Source: an uncultured Bacteroidales bacterium (lineage in GTDB: Bacteria; Bacteroidota; Bacteroidia; Bacteroidales; FEN-979). From it: DNA of 64,000 nucleotides. Below are positions 1 to 7,058 of this stretch, piece by piece. The notes under the pieces were generated by a model that worked only from the letters and a program-made list of their open reading frames with translations, had not been told where the DNA came from and made no database searches. Each line of letters opens with the position of its first letter. The stretch's first letter is position 1. The stretch covers positions 591-64,590 of the forward strand of contig CAIWTA010000120.1 in the NCBI GenBank assembly GCA_903915465.1, given 5' to 3'. The position numbers were made by a program, and so were the translations under genes.

Positions 1-1
1 C

Positions 2-274
2 TTCGGGGATGAACCCTATTCAAAAGAGGAATTGGTCGCTGAGCTCTGTTCATCCCACCTTGCCGAGATCGCTCATCTGGAACTGAATATCCGAAACTCT
101 GCCGCTTATATCGCAGGTTGGGCATCAAAGCTCAGGGATAACCAGAAATGGATCCTCTGGGCGGCATCCAGGGCAGAGAAAGCCGCTGATCACATCCTGG
201 GAATCGTTTCCGAGGAACCCATTCCGTCTGATTCTTCAGAAGTTGAAACCCTTGAGCCTGCAATGGCTGGATAA
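2..274 (+). CDS. C-terminal part of an ArdC-like antirestriction / zincin-like metallopeptidase protein (5' end outside window)
   Basis: The frame is open from the window edge. FGDEPYSKEELVAELCSSHLAE...NSAAYIAGWASKLRDNQKWILWAASRAEKAADHIL resembles the conserved ArdC C-terminal block (EELVAEL..., SAAYI.sWl..Lk.d....f.AAs.AqkAAD). Confidence 0.6.
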   Translation, partial: FGDEPYSKEELVAELCSSHLAEIAHLELNIRNSAAYIAGWASKLRDNQKWILWAASRAEKAADHILGIVSEEPIPSDSSEVETLEPAMAG

Positions 275-297
275 CAAATCTTTCTTCAAACCGGCGT

Positions 298-326
298 GCC
301 AGATGCCAATATAAGTCTCAAGGGCA
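298..326 (+). promoter_or_regulatory. Conserved leader box, copy 1 (gccagatgccaaTataagtcTCAagggca), ending 14 nt before the ATG at 340
   Basis: A near-identical 29-mer lies at 887-915 with identical spacing to the next start codon. Confidence 0.45.
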
Positions 327-339
327 TGAGCATTCTATA

Positions 340-555
340 ATGTCACATACACATTACTCAGGAGATCCAAGACAGATCACAGCCCGTTTCCCATCAACCT
401 GTCACACCTGCAGCAAACCGATCAAAAAGGGTGAAACCATTATCTACTGGCCAAACGGCAAAAAGGCCGGCCATTACGACTGCGATATCCAGGATTACCG
501 CCAGTCAATAGCTTCCTTCGAAGACGAAGATCGCTATAATAATGTTTATCACTGA
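340..555 (+). CDS. Small hypothetical protein with CxxC...HxxC (zinc-ribbon-like), ICE-associated
   Basis: 71-aa ORF preceded by the leader box and followed by the hairpin+T terminator at 563-597. Cys/His pairs are STCHTC and GHYDCD. Confidence 0.5.
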   Translation: MSHTHYSGDPRQITARFPSTCHTCSKPIKKGETIIYWPNGKKAGHYDCDIQDYRQSIASFEDEDRYNNVYH

Positions 556-562
556 TTCACCT

Positions 563-597
563 GGAGAGCCTCTTTGATGAAGGTTCTCCCTTTTTTA
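563..597 (+). terminator. Rho-independent terminator
   Basis: ggagagcct (563-571) pairs with aggttctcc (581-589) with one G-U pair, followed by cttttttt. Confidence 0.55.
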
Positions 598-886
598 ATG
601 CTTTTTTTCTTTGATAGTCCGGGACAAAGAAAAACCGCCAGGGAAAAAAGAAATCCAATGTTCCGGGGAACTTTTTGTGAAAAAGTACCAAAAACCCCAC
701 CCACAGTTACTCAAAATTTGTCGCAAAGTTAAACTCATGAAAATATCGTGTCACTAAACGCTGCCTCCTGACAGAACCGCAGCCCGTTGGGTTCATTCAT
801 TCCGTTGCACGGAAGTGACCTGAACGTTTGTTCCAGAATTTTCATTCCGTTTGTTGTCAGGGCATAAATTTTTTTAACCCTGGCGA

Positions 887-915
887 GCCAGATGCCAAAA
901 TAAGTCCGCAGGGCA
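887..915 (+). promoter_or_regulatory. Conserved leader box, copy 2 (gccagatgccaaAataagtcCGCagggca), ending 14 nt before the ATG at 929
   Basis: See copy 1. 25 of 29 positions are identical and the spacing to the ATG is the same. Confidence 0.45.
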
Positions 916-928
916 GCGGCGATCTGAA

Positions 929-1366
929 ATGACAAAAGTAACGAACACCGCACTGAAACCGGGTAACGGAAAACCCAATGCCGAAGAAATGGCAATCGTG
1001 AAGACCATCCTCAATCCGGCAGAAAACAAAACCGAAGAGAAAAAGCCGGTTTTCCAGATTGAACCCGAAAAGCCGGTCATTCCCGCTCCTGAGCCAAAGA
1101 AGGAAATGACCATGATTGAGAAGATCCTCAAGATCGAAAACCTCCAGCTCGTCATTGAAAAGAGAGCCAAGCTGGTGCAGACTCGCTCCGAACTGGATCG
1201 CTTCCAGATCTCATCCAATGACTTTAACTGCACGATGCGGCTGAACGATTCAGACGGAAATGTCTTCACCACCAGCTTCACCCCGGGCATCAAGAAAGTC
1301 ATCGAGTTTCTCAAGACCTCATTCGATTCAAGCATCACGGAAGCTGAAAACAAGATTACCTTCTGA
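929..1366 (+). CDS. Hypothetical protein (ICE-associated; Lys/Glu/Pro-rich N-terminus, helical C-terminus)
   Basis: 145-aa ORF with the leader box upstream and a strong terminator downstream. Preferred over the antisense ORF 874-1353. Confidence 0.55.
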   Translation: MTKVTNTALKPGNGKPNAEEMAIVKTILNPAENKTEEKKPVFQIEPEKPVIPAPEPKKEMTMIEKILKIENLQLVIEKRAKLVQTRSELDRFQISSNDFNCTMRLNDSDGNVFTTSFTPGIKKVIEFLKTSFDSSITEAENKITF

Positions 1367-1392
1367 ATCTTTTCCTTGCGTCAAGATTCCGG

Positions 1393-1425
1393 CGTTCCGG
1401 CTAAGGCCGGAACGTCTATTTTTTG
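1393..1425 (+). terminator. Rho-independent terminator
   Basis: cgttccggc (1393-1401), loop taag, gccggaacg (1406-1414), then tctatttttt. Confidence 0.65.
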
Positions 1426-1643
1426 GTCGTAAAGTGATTCAATGAATTAAGGACAAGCCATCACTATTGATCATCTTATTGAATCACTGGTTTTTGATTT
1501 CTCGGTTTTTTACGCTAATCAGAAATGATAAAAATAGGAAAAATGGATTATTCAATTAAGGAAAGAAAGAATATGTTTACGTAAATTCGCAATGTTATGA
1601 AAGATGGTTTTTCATTGAATTTGATAACTTAAGTGTACTTCAT

Positions 1644-2276
1644 ATGTCAGCAACTAACTATGAATACGATGTTTTTATCAGTTATAGAAGAACTGATACT
1701 GGGACTTTTTGGGTCAAGGAGTATTTTAAACCACGATTAGAGGAAGAAATACAACAAGCTTATGGAGGACCTGTTAAAATATTTTTCGATTCAGCTGATA
1801 TCCCAGTCGGTGCAAATTGGCCTAATACAATAAAAACAGCGTTGGCTACTTCACGTTGCATTGTCCCTGTGTTTTGTGGATTGTATTTTCAATCAGAGTG
1901 GTGTGTACGTGAGTTTGCGGTGTTTCATAATCGTCAGGAGATATTAAATCAGGGGAGAGTCATTAATCCTTATGAAATAATTCTCCCTGTTCTGGTAAGA
2001 GATGGCAATCACCTTCCACAGTCAGTCAATAGAATATTTAAATCTGTATTGAAAGATTATTTTACCGGTTGTGTTTCGTTTCGAACTTGCCCAGATTATA
2101 GAGATTTTGAAAGGGAGATTGTCAAACTTGCAGATGAAATTAGCAATGCGTTGAAAACGAAAACCCCAGTATGGGACAAGAGGTGGCTTTTAAATGAATG
2201 GTTAGATGAAGTCCCCATTAATCATTTTTTAAATCAAAGACCAGTTGTACTCCAAGAAAATCCTACATTAAAATGA
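1644..2276 (+). CDS. Stand-alone TIR domain protein
   Basis: YDVFISYRRTD start motif and SEWCVREF helix with a candidate catalytic Glu (codon 90, nt 1911-1913). The stop overlaps the next start (ATGA at 2273-2276). Confidence 0.85.
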   Translation: MSATNYEYDVFISYRRTDTGTFWVKEYFKPRLEEEIQQAYGGPVKIFFDSADIPVGANWPNTIKTALATSRCIVPVFCGLYFQSEWCVREFAVFHNRQEILNQGRVINPYEIILPVLVRDGNHLPQSVNRIFKSVLKDYFTGCVSFRTCPDYRDFEREIVKLADEISNALKTKTPVWDKRWLLNEWLDEVPINHFLNQRPVVLQENPTLK

Positions 2277-5149
2277 GCAATATAATTACTTTCTATTCAT
2301 ACAAAGGAGGCGTTGGAAGATCAATGGTTCTTGCCAACGTTGCAACGATGTTATCCAAATGGGGATTCAAAACCTTGATTGTCGATTTTGATTTGGAAGC
2401 CCCCGGTCTCCATTATTTTTTTAATTCTCAAATCAGAAATTTCAATGATCTTGGAAAAAGAAAGGGCATGTTGAATTTCTTAAATCAGGATCATAAGAAC
2501 CCTCGATTAAAATGGCAAGACCTTGTTGTTCCCATAATTATTCAACCAACTAGCAAGGAAAAAAACATCAATCCCAGTACAATTGATTTAATTCTTGCTG
2601 GTAACAAAGGTGAATCAAGTTATACCAATGAATTAAAGAAGTTTAATGCAAGAAATTTCTATAAGAACCATAATGGTAGTATGGTTATCGAAAAATTACG
2701 TGATGATTGGAAAAATAGCTATGATTTTATCCTTATTGATTCAAGAACTGGAGTCACAGATATTGGTGGAATATGCACTATTCAATTACCGGATATTCTC
2801 GCTACTTTGTTTACCGCAAATGAACAGGGTTGGATAGGAATAAAAGACATTACTGTTAAAGCAATAAAAAATCACAATGACATTCCTTTTGAAAGGGAAA
2901 GGTTAAAAGTTTTTCCCATTCCGACACGTATTGATAATACTGAAAAATTACTTACTGAAGAATGGCTTAAAAGATTTTCTGAAGAGGTAAAGTCAATTAT
3001 AGGCAATTGGATACATACTGAAATAAACATTAGGCAATTTATTGATAAAATTTATGTGCCTTATATCCCTTATTATAGCTTTGGTGAAAGACTTTCTGTT
3101 CTTGATGGTACATCAGATCCTAAGGGTATTGGCTATGCTTTAACAACAATAGCTTCATTACTTGCAAATAGATTAGTGGATAGCAAGCTGTTTTTTGATT
3201 CTCGTGATGAGTATATTCGGAAGATTGAAAATTCAATCAAAGAGAGACAGTCAGCAGAAATAATGAATGATAGTAGATTAAATACAGTTAAACTATCTGT
3301 TATTGGAGAATCCGCCTCAGGAAAATCCACATTAATAGACGCCTTGTTTTTCAATAATATTCAATCATATGATTTGGAGTCAACACATGGTTTAGAGACA
3401 ACAAAATATATTTTTAAATCAAAAAATGAAAATTACCGCATTAATATATGGGATTTTGGAGGGCAGGAAATTTATTCGGGCATCTATCAATTTTTCCTCA
3501 CAAAAGGATCGATAATATTGTTAGTGCTAGATTCTAGAAACATAGAACTCTCTTTACAAATCGAAAACTGGTTGGCAACCATAAATTTGTTAACAGAATC
3601 TAGTCAAATTTTTATATTCCTTAATGACAAAATAAAATCATCCAGACCCACTGGTTTCGATTCATTAATGTTTCAAAAAAATTATCCAAACGTTAAAGTG
3701 TTTACAGGAAGTATTCGTGAAACCGAGACAACTGAATTATTAAGAGATGAAATAGAAAAGGTTGTCACATCTTTTCCTTCTGTTATTATACCAAGGTCTT
3801 GGAGAAACATTCTAGACAAAATTGATAATATTGTTGATTCCTGCTCATATATTTCCCTCGCTGAATTTTCAAATATATGTAAAGAGTTTGGTGGAATTAA
3901 TGATAGTGATCAAGTGTTAGAAATAACTTCCTTATTTCATAGTAATGGTACTATAATTCATTATCAGGATGATTCTTATCTGAAAGATTATATTTTTATT
4001 CGTATAGGTTTAATAATAAAAGCTGTTTATAAAATATTTGAAGATAGTAATTTGATTAACGTTTCTAAAGGGTATTTTGATCAAAAGGACCTTGAAAAAA
4101 TTTTGAATGATGAGGAATTTAAGGACCTTCATTATGCAATTTTAAAATTAATGTTAAAATTTGAACTTGCTTATACATTTAATAATCAACAATTAGAGAA
4201 ATATCTTATTCCACAATTATTATCGCCAATACAACCCGATTATAATTGGGAATCGTTTAACACGTTGCACTTTATTTACCAATATGAAGTTGTTCCCAAG
4301 GGGCTACTAAATAAACTAATTATCAGGTTGCAGCATTTGATTACTGATTCTAAACTATTATGGAGAAATGGTTTTGTTGTAACATATGAAGAGAGCAAGG
4401 GTGAGGTTATTGAAGATTTTTCCAAAAGAAAAATTATGGTAAAAACTAATGGCATAAATAGTAAAAGCTTATTAATTAATATTTCAAATGAAATTGATAC
4501 GATTAACAATGAATACGCTTTGCTTAAATGTGAAAAATTGATACCATGTAATTGCAAAGAATGTCAATCAATAGAAAATCCATTCTATTTTAGTTATGCT
4601 ACTCTGAATAGTTATTTGCAGCACAAAATGCATGAGGTACCTTGTCCGAACTCATCTTTAATGATATCAATTCGAGATCTCATTGAACCATTTTCAAAAT
4701 TTGAAGTAGGTAAAAACAGAAAGAAATCACCAGTGAATATTTTCATATCATATGCTCATGAAGACCTTGATATGAAGAATAGTATTGAAAAATATTTATG
4801 GCCTCTTAAAAAAGATCAAAATGTTTCTATTTGGTTCGACCAGATGATTGAACCTGGAACAAATTGGAAAAATGAAATTCAACAAAAAATGTCAGATTCA
4901 GATATAATAATTTGCATTGTAAGTGCTGATTATTTAAGTAAAGATTATATTTGGGAATTGGAATTAAAAGATGCCTATGCGCGAAACAAAAAGATAATTC
5001 CAGTAATCTTAAGGCCTTGCCTTTGGGAGGATACCATTTTAAACAATTTTAGTGCGTTGCCTAATCAAGGAAAGCCGATTTCAAAATTTGAAGATAAAGA
5101 TGAAGCCTTCAATGAAATTGCGAAAAACCTAAAAATATTAATTGAATAG
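2273..5149 (+). CDS. Multidomain protein: KGGVGR-type ParA/MinD-like ATPase - Roc GTPase - COR - Cys cluster - TIR
   Basis: aa 1-300: SYKGGVGRS, VDFDLEAPGL, FILIDSRTG. aa 338-500: GESASGKST, WDFGGQE, LNDK. aa 505-755: COR-like (LFHSNGTIIHYQDD, LIPQLL, LWRNGFVV). aa 753-791: CxxxxxCxCxxC...C. aa 820-958: TIR (VNIFISYAHED, DYIWELEL). Confidence 0.85.
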   Translation: MSNIITFYSYKGGVGRSMVLANVATMLSKWGFKTLIVDFDLEAPGLHYFFNSQIRNFNDLGKRKGMLNFLNQDHKNPRLKWQDLVVPIIIQPTSKEKNINPSTIDLILAGNKGESSYTNELKKFNARNFYKNHNGSMVIEKLRDDWKNSYDFILIDSRTGVTDIGGICTIQLPDILATLFTANEQGWIGIKDITVKAIKNHNDIPFERERLKVFPIPTRIDNTEKLLTEEWLKRFSEEVKSIIGNWIHTEINIRQFIDKIYVPYIPYYSFGERLSVLDGTSDPKGIGYALTTIASLLANRLVDSKLFFDSRDEYIRKIENSIKERQSAEIMNDSRLNTVKLSVIGESASGKSTLIDALFFNNIQSYDLESTHGLETTKYIFKSKNENYRINIWDFGGQEIYSGIYQFFLTKGSIILLVLDSRNIELSLQIENWLATINLLTESSQIFIFLNDKIKSSRPTGFDSLMFQKNYPNVKVFTGSIRETETTELLRDEIEKVVTSFPSVIIPRSWRNILDKIDNIVDSCSYISLAEFSNICKEFGGINDSDQVLEITSLFHSNGTIIHYQDDSYLKDYIFIRIGLIIKAVYKIFEDSNLINVSKGYFDQKDLEKILNDEEFKDLHYAILKLMLKFELAYTFNNQQLEKYLIPQLLSPIQPDYNWESFNTLHFIYQYEVVPKGLLNKLIIRLQHLITDSKLLWRNGFVVTYEESKGEVIEDFSKRKIMVKTNGINSKSLLINISNEIDTINNEYALLKCEKLIPCNCKECQSIENPFYFSYATLNSYLQHKMHEVPCPNSSLMISIRDLIEPFSKFEVGKNRKKSPVNIFISYAHEDLDMKNSIEKYLWPLKKDQNVSIWFDQMIEPGTNWKNEIQQKMSDSDIIICIVSADYLSKDYIWELELKDAYARNKKIIPVILRPCLWEDTILNNFSALPNQGKPISKFEDKDEAFNEIAKNLKILIE

Positions 5150-5194
5150 TTATATATATTTCGATTAATCACCCTGAGAAACAATAATAAAATT

Positions 5195-5863
5195 ATGAAT
5201 TTTCTAATTGTTATGAGTATGACAAATAGCTATTATTTTTTTTTTAGCGATCAACAAGCTGAAACAAAATATTCAATTGAGCCACTTTGGTGGTTGTTAA
5301 TAATTGTAGCTGCTATTATCTTGGTTGGGGGTCTATATTGTTTTTTTAGTAGAAAGAAGTATCGGATTGTGAATATGGGCTTCGAGGTATCTGGAAGCCC
5401 CAAATTTACTTTTAATGTTGAAAGGAATACCCAAAATTTATATATAGCGAATCGCATCTATATGGAGTTAATTACTCGTAAAGCCGCACTTGAATTTGAA
5501 GAGGACAAAGATGTTATTATAGAAGTATATAATTCATGGTATAAACTATTTAACATTATTAGAGAAGAAATCAAAAATGTGCCTGGCGATTATTTAATAA
5601 ATCATGATTCATCAAAAGCTCTTATAGGTTTAACTGAAAAAATTTTAAACCTAGGCCTACGACCTCATTTAACAGCCTATCAGGTAAAATTTAGAAAATG
5701 GTATACTTCGGAAACAAAAAAGCTTACAAACATGAACCTTACTCCACAAGAAATTCAAAAAACGTATCCCTATTATGCTGATCTTGTTGTTGATTTGAAA
5801 AAAGTAAATAAAGTATTAATTGATTATTCAAAAGATTTATTAACTCTTATTCAGAAAAATTAG
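5195..5863 (+). CDS. Membrane-anchored protein of unknown function (one TM helix, helical C-terminal domain)
   Basis: 222-aa ORF 45 nt after the ROCO-TIR gene, with the same strand and AT-rich composition. TM helix LWWLLIIVAAIILVGGLYCFF is followed by SRKKYR. The start could be an internal Met. Confidence 0.6.
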   Translation: MNFLIVMSMTNSYYFFFSDQQAETKYSIEPLWWLLIIVAAIILVGGLYCFFSRKKYRIVNMGFEVSGSPKFTFNVERNTQNLYIANRIYMELITRKAALEFEEDKDVIIEVYNSWYKLFNIIREEIKNVPGDYLINHDSSKALIGLTEKILNLGLRPHLTAYQVKFRKWYTSETKKLTNMNLTPQEIQKTYPYYADLVVDLKKVNKVLIDYSKDLLTLIQKN

Positions 5864-6027
5864 TAGTATTGTAGTCTTTTTTTAATTATCTTCCTATAGA
5901 AATGTTTTCCATCGATTTGATTCAACGAGAATTTAGTTGTTTCATGCTTTTATGGATTTTAACTGATAGAAACTAGTCAATTATCTTTTCACGATTGAAA
6001 AATCACCTATTGCACTCTAATGTTATT

Positions 6028-6963
6028 TTACAAAATAGATGTATTAAAAATTATATTATCAAACAGTATCTTATTTCCAAATTTAGCGTAAAGTATTTTA
6101 TTTTCAGTTTCATCTAAATAGGTTCGACCAAGATCATCTTTTGCAATGCTTACTTGAATGCCTGAACTTTCTAATATCAAGACGTCTGGATTTATTAAAT
6201 AAGCTGCAGCAAGTGGATCCCATGCAAAATATAAATTATCATATATCCAATTCTCAACATTTTTAAGAATTGAGTATGTTATTTTGTTTTTTCTATTCTT
6301 CCATTTACTAAATACTAAATAGCTCTTATCAATTTTAATGGAATTAGACGCATCTAAAGGAACCAAAATAATATTTTTTAAATAGCTTAGACAAATCTTA
6401 GCTGCCAAAGGATCACAATAAAAGTTCCATTCTGAAAACCTGTTTTTTGTTTCATTAATTTCATTGTCGAAAAGATTTCCTTCAACACTAATTGCTCCAC
6501 CCATTATGATTGTGGTAATGGATCTGAGCTTTCCCATCCTATCATTAACAATAAGATTTTCAATATTTGTCAACGGTCCTAAAGTCAGTAGAAACTGATT
6601 ATTCGCTTTGAAAGAATTTAAAATATTTATAGCATCAAATTCTAGAATTCGTTTATTTCCTGAATTAATATTTAATACTTTATATCCTACTTCAGTTGAT
6701 TGCTGCTTCCAACTTTTAGGAAAGAAATTAGTCTTACCTAGTGAATCACTTTTGCCTATATAAATAGGGGTATTTATATGCCCATAATAATCTAGAAGTC
6801 TTCGAATTATTTGAGCACCATCCTTAGGTTCAGTCAACCCATGAACACATGACACACCTATAATTTCAATATTTCTTGAATTTAATAATAGATCTATGGC
6901 GATTAGATCATCAGTTCCACAATCGGTATCTATAAAGACATGTTTTACTTCAACTGAGCACAT
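6028..6963 (-). CDS. Inosine-uridine-preferring nucleoside hydrolase (IUNH) family protein
   Basis: N-terminal VFIDTDCGTDDLIAIDLLL matches the DxDxxxDD fingerprint of IUNH-family ribohydrolases. Length is 311 aa. Confidence 0.8.
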   Translation of the reverse strand: MCSVEVKHVFIDTDCGTDDLIAIDLLLNSRNIEIIGVSCVHGLTEPKDGAQIIRRLLDYYGHINTPIYIGKSDSLGKTNFFPKSWKQQSTEVGYKVLNINSGNKRILEFDAINILNSFKANNQFLLTLGPLTNIENLIVNDRMGKLRSITTIIMGGAISVEGNLFDNEINETKNRFSEWNFYCDPLAAKICLSYLKNIILVPLDASNSIKIDKSYLVFSKWKNRKNKITYSILKNVENWIYDNLYFAWDPLAAAYLINPDVLILESSGIQVSIAKDDLGRTYLDETENKILYAKFGNKILFDNIIFNTSIL

Positions 6964-7058
6964 AAATGGGTAGATAATTATGATTTTATATATTTAGAAG
7001 AATATTCTAAATTCGAGAGTAACATGAATTGTTATATTAAGTTGTAAAAATCAGTGAA

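Noticed and set aside
874-1353. 159-aa minus-strand ORF overlapping the 929-1366 plus-strand ORF
   Set aside because: It is a shadow ORF. The plus-strand gene has the conserved leader box 14 nt upstream and a strong terminator downstream. The minus ORF has neither, and its composition is low-complexity Ser/Phe-rich.
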